From contig CP060773.1 of assembly GCA_023205875.1 (NCBI GenBank), forward strand, positions 1-64,000: DNA of 64,000 nt. Direction: 5' to 3'. The stretch's first letter is position 1, and each line of letters starts with the position of its first letter. The notes beneath the pieces are model-generated. The model was not told the DNA's origin and made no database searches. It saw only the letters and a list, made by a program, of their open reading frames with translations. The stretch is from Chloropicon primus (taxonomy: Eukaryota). The position numbers and the translations under genes were made by a program. This document shows positions 35,701 to 44,698 of the stretch, piece after piece.

Positions 35701-35947
35701 ACTGCTCGTCACCAGTCGTCAGAACGGCGTGCCGACCCTCCTCGCTCAAAGCACTGAACCACTTGAGCACCTTGGACGACGCCTTCCCCTCCCTCGACGC
35801 CTTCCCCTCCCTCGACGCTGCGTGATACACACCAAGGTGATCGCTCAGACAGTCCACCAGGTCCCTCGGTGACGTCGTGGCCATTCGACTGGACAATGAC
35901 ACGGCCATCCGCCGCCGCCCCTCCTGGCGCTCGTCCTCGGAAACCAT
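32777..35947 (-). CDS. Non-canonical poly(A) polymerase / TRF4-like terminal nucleotidyltransferase with a long N-terminal extension
   Basis: IFGSVAAGLSLPGSDFDVV, VDISF, YTGGLSSY, LFVEDPL..N. Confidence 0.88.
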   Translation of the reverse strand: MVSEDERQEGRRRMAVSLSSRMATTSPRDLVDCLSDHLGVYHAASREGKASREGKASSKVLKWFSALSEEGRHAVLTTGDEQWIALLYEMILLRTERKSNRLRFFVLVEGLQRPKAAQQGPRAGKKGTKKGKGKRKPKRKSQAQEDDGGSGECHFKTLRENARRALCTKTSTQCYARLLNCSEEEKLLEGAAYLYACRGAKHFNVFSVDLLGGAKLADFLAACHKVSMGKFLTGDDLDRWKHPETEWLEGMGYYTMAAFVVNKIELLLLKAYAQNSATHSKGVSSGALLLNKRETLSQEHRKLCRVLSLRCFLELSSSENKGGDFLSHRRRLLGLLERCGSQRSMISCGRFYLCCGADPVLDSFACSAEQRALHIISKLNEELLLRELEGDLQDQKEADEKAARKRQQKKKKKKKATTIKAKQVKDVGATLEGKDGGSSPSGNPQDADVKEEKGPEVTESKAEGNDSVEPPEGEAKASSTPSAPRSSTATMEEDPGDTWVEASIPEVTDSFSWANIFGDQQTGASFYWNVPAGLEFERDGSEVESWTSSTRQEFVLGSLLSNLDQSSSVITSPPEAERSPTSFQGEGAPKLVLSTSKPAGKQEEDGETRSSPTFARSETNSPRLSQQKRERRPSLEHGLGPRGPKWLLQRRSSEVLLLSRAEPKAKANSPISFFMSSSKAPPRSLLRIGKLGDVPNANSPYRQVYLERKVFWQEKGNARAGFLERLSKDMDRFVIKVRESQRKAQRQQREALENVLEAVHVIWPRARAKIFGSVAAGLSLPGSDFDVVLWLPPVRNSLKNILEVGILESGNAEKESFVQQLARQLSRQSWINQESLVRAIEKTAIPHVEFVYHAGGGPLSVDISFQSPSHHGLVAAAIVRELTSIFPSLPPLTLVLKHFLQSHKMSKAYTGGLSSYCITLIVASFLVHQQQDVQAKKEASPGSTKSIGLLLLDFLHFFGTVKGIQTLTFGLSGINGMAEQRFDPLFVEDPLERGSNAAQSCFRITQIQKQFEAAYAKAEALMEGGNKAEEAGGGGGDDAAAQNDDLLELIFGVKFP

Positions 35948-36110
35948 CTCAAGCCCTCTGACACTCCTCTACTGAGCACTCCATCCCTTTTCGACTCTCC
36001 TCTCCGATGCGTCAAGCGGGACCTCTCCCGTCACTCCGATGGAAACACGGGGCCGTGAGACATCTACCGAAAGCTCGCGAGTTAAATCTTCGTTCAGTAC
36101 CCTCGTCGTC

Positions 36111-36274
36111 CCCTCTAATAACCGTCACTTTCGTCACTGTCCTCGACAAGGTAGGCCACTCGGGTGGTTTCTGCTTCAAATCCAGTCCTCCCAGTCGATC
36201 CCTCGACCCATCCGAGCACCAAATGGGTCAATCCAGGTATCGTTAGAAAGATCTGGAGAAGATCTTTCGTCCAG
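36111..36274 (+). repeat. Dispersed ~165-bp repeat, copy 1 (inverted copy at ~62096-62260)
   Basis: Shared CACTGTCCTCGACAAG...CGGGTGGTTTCTGCTTCA.ATCCAGTCCTCCCAGTC.ATCCCTCGACCCATCCGAGCACCAAA. Confidence 0.85.
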
Positions 36275-36542
36275 CGCCCTCGTCGTGTCGTTCACTCGCC
36301 GTCCTCGCCTCCTTTGATGCGATCCGCGCCTCCATCTGCCCCGCCTTTGGGCACCAAAGGGAACACGAGGTCTGACGCGGGAGACAGAGGGGAAGAGCCC
36401 GAGGCGATTGATCGTCCCAAGGGGCGAGAGGAGGGGATCGAAGCGAGAGGGGGGGAGGACAGGTGGATGCTTCATCTCTTGCTCTTTCCAAAGAGCCAAG
36501 TGTCGAGGCATTTGACGCTCGGACGAAGTTTTGGTTCCCAGG

Positions 36543-37341
36543 ATGGCTGGCAGAGGATGCAGAGGTGTCAAGGGGAGGATGGGGATGGGAGGGAGGATGG
36601 GGATGAGATGGAGGATGCATCCTTCTGGCGGGCAGTGGACCCCTTCCATCGGTTTTGATCCGAGATACTGCATCCGTTGCGATGCATCTTCATCTTTGGT
36701 TCAGGTCTACCAGGATGCTCTGCTCGGTGAGGATGCTCTGTGGACCAAAGCGACGACGAGCGGAGTGATCTGGGCACTGAGTGATTGGCTTGCCCAGAAG
36801 AGCGAGGGCAGGGAGGCCCACGAGGTCCAGGGTCTCCGCATTCTCCGTTTTTGCGCCTTTGGTGCGTTGGTCAATGCCCCAATGTTTGACTTTTACTATT
36901 TCATCCAGGACCAGGTGATCGAGGGCGAAACTCTCGTGCCGCGCTTGGTCAAGCTGTCCATCGACCAGCTCCTGTGGACGCCCTTCATCTACCTCCCCAC
37001 CTTCTTCGGAGGGATGGCACTCCTGGTGAGTCTCTTCTCCGCTCCAAGCATTAGCGTAGCGTCTTTTACTGACTTCTGTTTCCTTTCACTGGGTCACCCA
37101 GGAGGGCCGGTCGACGGAGGAGGCCGTGGTCGAGGTGCAGCGCAAGGGCTTTGGCCTCACGAGGACTCTCATTGCGAATTGGAAGTTTTGGGTTCCTGTC
37201 AACGTCTGCACTTACTTTTGGATACCCTTGGAGTATCGGGTGCTTTGGAACAACGCAGCTTCCCTCGCGTGGACCATCTTCCTGTCGAGGACGCAGAACA
37301 CGACCACCACCAAGGACAAGGAGGGAAGAGAGGAAGGGTGA
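36543..37341 (+). CDS. Mpv17/PMP22 family membrane protein; intron 37026-37101; start uncertain
   Basis: TKATTSG...SDWLAQ, KLSIDQLLWTP, NWKFWVPVN..F.IPLEYRVL..N. Confidence 0.85.
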
Positions 37342-37442
37342 GTGACGCCACGGGATCCTTCCTCCATCAAGAGTGCATGCATGTATTACATCTTTCTTGT
37401 AAACAAGGAGAAGAAGAACTGCATTGGAGAGAGAGGCTCTCG

Positions 37443-37508
37443 AGGACGAGGCATCACGAGGCACCGTCGTCTATGTCGTCGTTTGAGGTGCCTCGATCAT
37501 GAGTCCCT
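37443..37508 (-). other. SECIS element in the GPx 3' UTR
   Basis: Minus strand: AGGGAC-TC-ATGA-T-CGAGGCACC-TC-AAA-loop-GGTGCCTCG-T-GA-TGCCTC-GTCCT; AUGA/GA quartet, stem and apical AAA. Confidence 0.85.
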
Positions 37509-37523
37509 GCCGGTCCCTCTCCA

Positions 37524-37997
37524 TCACTTGGCGAGCTCAGCCACAATATCATCCTCGAGTTCCTCGGGCTCCACATCGCCAGCATAAACGTTGACGACCT
37601 CTCCGCTCCTTCCCACGAGGAACTTGACGAAGTTCCAGCTGATGTCCTCGCCGCCGCCGACGCTTGACCCCTTGAGGAAAGCATACACGGGGTGAGCATT
37701 GGCTCCGTTCACTTCAATCTTGGAGAACATTGGGAAGGTGACACCGTACTTTGAGGTGCAGAACTCCTTCACCTCCTCCTCTGTCCCTGGCTCCTCGTTG
37801 GCAAACTCATTGCTAGGGAAGCCTAAGACATGGAGGTCATCATACTTTGCATGAAGCTTCTGAAGACCCGAGTACTGGTCAGTGTATCCTCAAAGGGATG
37901 CCACATTCACGACAAGGCACACTCCATTCCTAAAAACATTCAATGGAGTCCAGTCTCCATCGATGTTCAACGCGGAGTAACTCCATAACGTAGACAT
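37524..37997 (-). CDS. GPX: Selenocysteine glutathione peroxidase (Sec TGA at 37890-37892)
   Basis: VVNVASL-U-GYT, LGFPSNEF..EEPG, FSKIEVNG, ISWNFVKFLV; downstream SECIS. Confidence 0.92.
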
Positions 37998-38652
37998 GGT
38001 TTTCGTGTCAAGTGGCCACTCGTTGGATATGCTCGTGAAGATGCCCTTCGTCGTGTTCCTTGGTGATCTACTCTAATACTTCTTCCTCTCGTCCTCCAAT
38101 CCTCACCCTTTCGTCGCTTCTCTCAACCGAGGGCTCGTTCGAAAGCCCTTGATACGCCCTTCCGTTCTTTCCACACCTCCTCCCCTTCGCCGTCCCCGTC
38201 CGTGCGCAAAGTCCTCGACAACAACACCTTCCCTCTCCCTTGCTGCGCGACGAACCCGGGCGTTAATTCTCCTCCGTCCATTAATTCCACAAATCAGCAG
38301 CAAATCGAGAGAGAGAGAGAGAGAGAGAGAGAAGGTGGTGCGTCGGGCCGATTGGAGGACGAGGAAGAGAAGTGGAAGGGTGGAGAGCGTTGTTGAAAGA
38401 AAAGGCTTCTCACGGGCTTCCCATCGGTACCTTGGTTGACTCATTTGGCGACCGGAGTGACCGAGTAAAGGTGCATCAAGTTGTGCTGAGAGGGAGGGGA
38501 TCAGTCGTGCTGGCGATTGATCGTCTCAAGGGGCGAGAGGAGGGGACGAGTCGCTCCCTCGCTCCCTCGATGGATGAAGCCGTCCTCTGAATGTTTTTCC
38601 AAAGTGTCGGATGAATTGACGTTCTCCTCTTTCGGTGGACCGCTCAGCAGTG

Positions 38653-40383
38653 ATGTCCTGGCATGTCTTGGAATCTATCGGGAGGACACTGGTATCGACG
38701 AGTCCTCGTCCTGGATGGCACAATGATGGTTTCTCCTCCGTTTCTTTGTCTCCTGCTGCTGCATTCAATGCCATCGCCAACCTGTCGAGGGTCATCAGGT
38801 CTCACGCTTACCAGTACGTCGTGGTGGCGTCCAGGACGAGCGTCGAGGGTGCGTTGCTGACGCTCGGGGTGCTGGACTCTGGGACGACTCTCGTGCTGGT
38901 GAATTGGCGGTGGACGGTGAGGGAGGTCTTGGAGGCTCTTGAAAGGACTTTGGGGATTGGAACGCCCTTCCTTCTTCTGTGTGACCAAGCATGCTCCGGG
39001 TTGGGTGAGAGGATAACGCACGGTTGGGATCGGCATCGGCGAGGGGCCTGCCTCACTCTTCGGGTGTGCGGCAGGGACACCATGGAGCTTCGAGGGGGGA
39101 ATCGTGCGGAGAGGTTCGACTTGACTCGAAGCTCAAGCCTGCAGCGGCTTGGGCCGAAAGATGGGGTCGCGGCCATTCTCTTCACGTCGGGGACCACCAG
39201 CAGGGAGCCCAAGGGATGCGTCGTGACCCACGAGGCTTTCGTGAGACAAGCCCAATCGAAAATCGGCATCGTGGGGTACTCGAAGACGGACGTTCACTTG
39301 CACTGTGCCCCGATCCACCACGTGTCGGGCCTGTGCGCCCTGGTCACGGCGGTGAGGGCCGGGTCGGAGGGCCACGTATTCCTGCCGACCTTCTCCGCGG
39401 AGTCTTTCGTGGGGGCTCTGGGGCGCCTGGAGGGAGAAGAGGACGTCCCGCCGGCCGTCTGCATCCTCGCCGTTCCCGCCATGCTGATCAAGGTGAAGGA
39501 TTACCTGGTAGGTACAGGGTTGGCGGGCAAGAAGGACTTCCCGGACGTGCGGCTCGGGCTGTTGGGCGGGGACGCCGTGGGTGAGGTGGTGGCAAACCTT
39601 TGCACAGAAATTTTTCCGAACTCGAGTGTGTTCTCGACCTATGGCATGACGGAAGCGTGCAGTTCCATCGCTATCAAGGGCATTCACGAACGCTCACCCC
39701 CATCCAAGAACCTCAGCGGCCATTTTGTGGGGTCCCCTTGCCCCCACGTCCAGGTGGCGGTCCTGCGGAACGGCGGTGAGGATGACGAGGGGGAGGACGG
39801 AAGCAAGGTCTCGGTCTCATCCGAGCCATGGAGGGTGGGGGAGATCCTCTTGAGAGGTCCCAGCGTCAGCCCGGGGTACGTGGCCAGGGCCGGCGCGAGC
39901 AACGCTTTAACCGACGGCGGCTGGTTCAGGACGGGGGACTTGGGTTGGGTCGACGACGGCGGGGGGCTTCACTTGTGCGGCAGGAAGAGCGAAGCCATCA
40001 GGAGCGGCGGGGAAATGATTTACCCGTCCGAGGTGGAGAGGGAAATCATGGCTTGCGATGCTCCCAAGGTGAAGGAGTGCGTCGTTTTCGGGACAAAGGA
40101 TCGTGTCTTGGGCGAGAGGGCCTGCGCGCTCCTGGTGCTGGAACAACCCTCCGCGAGTAATCCAGGAGAGAACTGGGAGAGGTTCCACCCCCTCAGGGAT
40201 CTTGCCTTCAGGGACCTCGTGCACCACTTGAAGCAAGAGAGGTCCCTGGCGTCTTACAGAATTCCCAGGCTTTTTCTGGAGACGGCCCAGCCCCTTCCGA
40301 GGAACGCGACCGGCAAGCTCGAGCGCTCAAAAATAAAGTCAAAAGTCTCGGAGGCCTTGGTCGGGGCGAAGAGCAAGCTGTGA
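38653..40383 (+). CDS. Acyl-activating enzyme, MenE/AAE14-like (o-succinylbenzoate-CoA ligase), with C-terminal SKL
   Basis: FTSGTTS..PKG, YGMTEACSS, WFRTGDLG, IRSGGE.IYP.EVE, PRNATGKL; ends KSKL. Confidence 0.75.
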   Translation: MSWHVLESIGRTLVSTSPRPGWHNDGFSSVSLSPAAAFNAIANLSRVIRSHAYQYVVVASRTSVEGALLTLGVLDSGTTLVLVNWRWTVREVLEALERTLGIGTPFLLLCDQACSGLGERITHGWDRHRRGACLTLRVCGRDTMELRGGNRAERFDLTRSSSLQRLGPKDGVAAILFTSGTTSREPKGCVVTHEAFVRQAQSKIGIVGYSKTDVHLHCAPIHHVSGLCALVTAVRAGSEGHVFLPTFSAESFVGALGRLEGEEDVPPAVCILAVPAMLIKVKDYLVGTGLAGKKDFPDVRLGLLGGDAVGEVVANLCTEIFPNSSVFSTYGMTEACSSIAIKGIHERSPPSKNLSGHFVGSPCPHVQVAVLRNGGEDDEGEDGSKVSVSSEPWRVGEILLRGPSVSPGYVARAGASNALTDGGWFRTGDLGWVDDGGGLHLCGRKSEAIRSGGEMIYPSEVEREIMACDAPKVKECVVFGTKDRVLGERACALLVLEQPSASNPGENWERFHPLRDLAFRDLVHHLKQERSLASYRIPRLFLETAQPLPRNATGKLERSKIKSKVSEALVGAKSKL

Positions 40384-40571
40384 AACGATTTGTGTATTTT
40401 ATATTGATATCGATATGTTTTTGGCTTTTTAAGCTATTCATGCGTTCATGCAAAAGACAATTTCAAAGTTATCAAAAGATAATAAAATATCGACGACAAG
40501 CAGCAAGCATCAGGCAAACAAGCGAAGGAACATGCAGAGGACATGCAGAGTAGGGCGATGTCGAGCTCTCA

Positions 40572-41723
40572 TCAACCGTGAAGTGGCTGCAGGACGAAGA
40601 AGGGCTGTCCAAACGCCCGGACCGTGTTGATGTTTCCGTCCTGCCCGGCTTGACTGAAACCGTTACCAGCGTAACCGATCGCCTTGGCCGAACCGCGAGC
40701 TCCCTCGTTCTTGGAAACGTCCTCACCTCCAGCGACGTTGAAGGGCTTGAGGCTATCGGAGTACGCGGTGAGGCCGGATTGGGAGGTTCCCTTTGGAACG
40801 TACCACTCGGTCACGAAATGGGTGTCTCCTTGAGTGTGGACTCCAGTGGTCTTGGTGTTGGTCTCCGCGCCCGAACTGGCTGCGGCCGCCACCTCCTTCT
40901 CTCCGGAGTAGACATCGTCGATGGAGATGCTATAGGACGCTTCTCCGTAAGGATTGCTGAAGGAGGTCGCGGCGTTTCCTCCAATGCTCCACGCCCCCTT
41001 GCCGTGCGCGCTCCCGTGGGATCCGCCATGAGCGGAGGCGTAAGCGTGAGGGATGTAAGAGCTCGTCGAGTTGGACTCGGTGAGCAACCTCCTTCCCCCG
41101 ATGAAGTCCTCCCCGGTGGCAAACACGGCAGGGAAGTAAGGGCTGAGGAAGGTGTTCCCGAACTGGCTCGCGAGGTAGTGACGCAAGGACGTGTCGGACT
41201 CCGCGCCCACTCCGCCGGCCTGCACGACGGCACTCGCCTGCATGTCCGAGTTGGTCACCACGTCCCTGGCTCCGGCCCCGGCAAAGGGGCGATCGCCCAC
41301 GGCCTTGGACGAGAAGTACGTGTTGGAGGTTCCGCTCGGCACGTAGTGGTAGTTCTGCATCGTGGCGTGAGTGCTTCCGTACGCGTCCGTCTGCTCTACC
41401 GGATCGTCGTTGTTGGTCAAGGCATGAGACTCACCGATGGCCTCGACCTCGGAGTCGAGGCCGGTCTGGACGAAGGATCCACTCATGGCGAGGGACCCGT
41501 CGTAGCTCGGGTTGCTCACGGCCTGCTCGGCATTCGCGGCGATGCCATAGGACGTACCGTGGCTCTTCACGTACGAAGAGGAGGACACGTAAGTCTTGGG
41601 CGACGGACGCTTCCACAATTCCTCAGAGTCGGAGGATGTGGCATTGGCGGACGACACCGCAAGCATCGCCATCGCGAGGTAAGACAACGTAGCCTTAGTC
41701 TTCGATGAAGGCGTCTTCATCAT
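40572..41723 (-). CDS. Secreted Ser/Ala/Gly/Thr-rich protein with an internal two-fold repeat and RRLL motif
   Basis: Signal peptide LAMAMLAVSSANA; repeated SHG.S.G / SNP / YVP.GTS blocks either side of GGRRLL. Confidence 0.65.
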   Translation of the reverse strand: MMKTPSSKTKATLSYLAMAMLAVSSANATSSDSEELWKRPSPKTYVSSSSYVKSHGTSYGIAANAEQAVSNPSYDGSLAMSGSFVQTGLDSEVEAIGESHALTNNDDPVEQTDAYGSTHATMQNYHYVPSGTSNTYFSSKAVGDRPFAGAGARDVVTNSDMQASAVVQAGGVGAESDTSLRHYLASQFGNTFLSPYFPAVFATGEDFIGGRRLLTESNSTSSYIPHAYASAHGGSHGSAHGKGAWSIGGNAATSFSNPYGEASYSISIDDVYSGEKEVAAAASSGAETNTKTTGVHTQGDTHFVTEWYVPKGTSQSGLTAYSDSLKPFNVAGGEDVSKNEGARGSAKAIGYAGNGFSQAGQDGNINTVRAFGQPFFVLQPLHG

Positions 41724-42387
41724 GCAGTTATGTGCAGGCAGGAGCAAAAGGTAACAGTAACAAGCTGTGAAGGAAGAGGCTTGAGGTTGGTTTGTCAGAA
41801 GGCGTCTCGTGCGACTCGACGTTCACCGATTGTGATCATCGCATGCGCGCAATGCCCCTTAAGTACCCCTCCACCTCCGCAATCGAGATCGCGGCAAAAC
41901 CGTGCGTTACAGTCCGCCATCTTCATGGCCAAAAGCGTGGGCCAGCGGCAAAATGCGGTCGTCGAATCCTTCCCATGGGATGAAGGGACCCCAAGGGAGG
42001 ACGAGGACGAGGACGAGGACGAGAGTGGAGGACCGGGTTGAGTCCCGCCCCTGTCCCCTCTCTCTCTCTTGCTCTCTCACTCACTCACTTGTTTCCTTGT
42101 TCATGCTTTGGGACGGACGGATCAGGAGAGAGATGGAGAGGAGGGAGTTTTAGTTTAGATTGTCGTGTGTTGCAGTGGGAGGAGGGGTGGAGGCGATGCC
42201 ACCCTCCGCCACCACCACCTTCCCTTTCCCTTTCCCTCCCCTCTGTCCTCTCGTGACCGGAATGGAATGGAATGGCTCTCGTCGTATTACAAGAACCAAG
42301 AAAAAAAAAAGAAAAATGTGTCCCTCCTCCTCGTCCCCCCCTCTGACTGCTGCTGCTGCCTGCTTCACCTCTCGTTCATCCTCGCAC

Positions 42388-43545
42388 TCACTCGGGTGGG
42401 TAGGTGCAGCCCTCCTGGACGACCGGCTCCAGGACGGAAAGGTCGAGGCCGAGGTCCTTGGCCTTGGCCTCCAGCATCTTCACCGTCTCCTCGCTCGGGT
42501 TGGGGTCCTCCGTGAAGAGCCACAATCCCGCGCCGTTGAGCTCGTTCGGTCCGCCGGCGACGCAGCCCTCCCCGGAGGCGCCGGGCACTGTGGGAGGGCC
42601 ACCCGAAACGATGCCGTACTCGTACTTGTCCTCGGATGGCCCGGCGTACACCACCCAGTAATCTCCGTACATCGACGGAGGCAAGAACGCGGGCCCGACC
42701 TTGAGCTTGGAGGGCACCGCCGGGTCATCGATCACCGCCTTGAGGGGAGGCCCATCGTTCTGCTGCGGGCCGTCCACGCCCTCCAAGCTTGCGGTGTTGT
42801 ACACCTGCGCGTCACCGAAAGAGAGAGAGAGAGGGTCACAGGGTCAGAGCCACGTGCTTGGACGCCGGCGTCGAGGGAAAGCAAAATCTTACGTTGACTT
42901 CGGTGGGCGAAGCTTGCTTGTAATTGGCGCGCACGCAGAAGAACGGAGGTTTCTGTGATCCAAGGGAAGGAACAAAAAAAGTCAGTGATCGGTTTTTGAG
43001 TTCGAGTCAGTGATCCCCCAAGAGCGCTCTTGGCCTGGCCTCACCTGATAGACGACCTCGGCTTGCTTCTGGATGTACCAGGGGTGGGCGGTCCACGCGG
43101 TGAGGTTGAAGTCCTTCAAGCTGTCGAACCCCGCGGGAGGGCACTCCGTCGTGGTGGAGTTGCCGCCCCCAATCGCGTCGGCGTCGCCCTCTCCATCGCA
43201 GAAAGGGAAGCAGGGAGGGAAGGCCCCATCCCCAGAAGCATCATCCCCGTCGTCGTTGTCGTCGCCGTCGCAGAAGGGAAAACACGGACGAGACACATCC
43301 CCCCCACCTGCTTCCGTTCCGTTGGATTCCGTTGTCGTGACGCTGCCGTCCTCGCTCGTCGTCGTCGTCGTGCACTTCCCTCCCTCACAGGTTGTCTCCA
43401 CCTTGGAACACACTCCATTCACACAACTCTGGCTCTTCGATTCGGAGCGCCCGGTGATGGTCTGCGCGCTCACAAGACTCCCGACCAGCACCGCGAGGAC
43501 CACCACAAACTCAATTCTCGTCCTCATCCTCATGCTGCGCGACAT
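42388..43545 (-). CDS. Secreted lipocalin-like protein, 3 exons (micro-exon 42893-42952)
   Basis: Signal peptide; CPPAGFDSLKDFNL..W...PWYIQ; exon KPPFFCVRANY; KLKVGPAFLP...GDYWVV; GLWLFT. Confidence 0.7.
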
Positions 43546-44698
43546 CGCTCTCTCTCCCTCTCTCTCTCTCTCTCTCTCGATGGCGGTTACTCTCTGCTCA
43601 GCCGTTACTTTTGTCTCCCCAATTGAATTCATCTCGAGGTCGAGGTCGAGGGGTTTTGACCAGAGAGAGGCCAAGGCAGGAGGAGGAAGAAGAGGAGGAA
43701 GAGGAGGAAAGGGGAAAGGACCTCAGTGTCCTCCTCCCCCTCGTCCTCCTCCTCCGTTTTCCTTTTCTTTCTTCTTTGCGATGATGGAACCACCAACACA
43801 CAACACACAAGCTTGGGAGGCAAAGGTTGGACTGGACGACGACGACGACGGTAGAGGCATGAGCCACAGAGTTGCTGCTCTCTGGGGGGGTTAGCCTCTT
43901 TCTATCTATCTTTAGGTTTCGTTTTTGTTTGTTTCGTGGTCTGCAGAGGTGAGGTGAGGTGCAAGACTTCAAGGCTTTCATGCCACTTGTCCTGGCCAGC
44001 AAAGGCAGGCTCGGGATGACCATTGGACACAAGGGTGCGAAAGCGTCAGCCAGGGAGAGAGATTGCCAAGGCAAGTGGCCCCCCTCTCAGGCCAGGCACA
44101 GGCGACGCTTTCATCCGATACGAGCGAGCACGTGTGGTATACGGGCCCGGGCGCCTTTTGCTAATACTCTTTCCTCTCAAGAGAAGGATTGAGAGTGCGA
44201 TTGAGAGTGCGATTGAGAGTGAGAGAGTGTGGCTGGATCACCCACAGAGTCGAAGAGAGCCTTCCCTCCTCCTCCATCGGCTTCCTTCCTTCTCCATGAG
44301 TCCCCTCCCCTCCTTTGCGGAGTGCATGGATCCCATGGACAAGATTCATAGGGAAAGGGCTTTGGAAGAGCTTGATGGATTGATGGGACACGAGTGAAGC
44401 GGCCGAGAGGGACACGGACAGTGTGCAACAAGACCTCAAGATCTTTTCCCTTGATCCCCTTCCTTGGATTGTTTTGACTTCCCTTTCCCAGGAGACCGCA
44501 ACAACAACAACAACGAGGACGACGAGGACGACGACGTGTTGTTGCTCCTGCACTTTTTGGAGCAGCTTGGAGTACGGAAGAGATCTTTCGTGCAGTGCAG
44601 TGCTCCTTGGCGTCGACTGAAGCGGAGGAGCGAGTGCATCGGTCGAGAGAGAGGCAGGTCTCTTCGAGAGAATTCCATCGATGTCTCACTTGAGTGTC

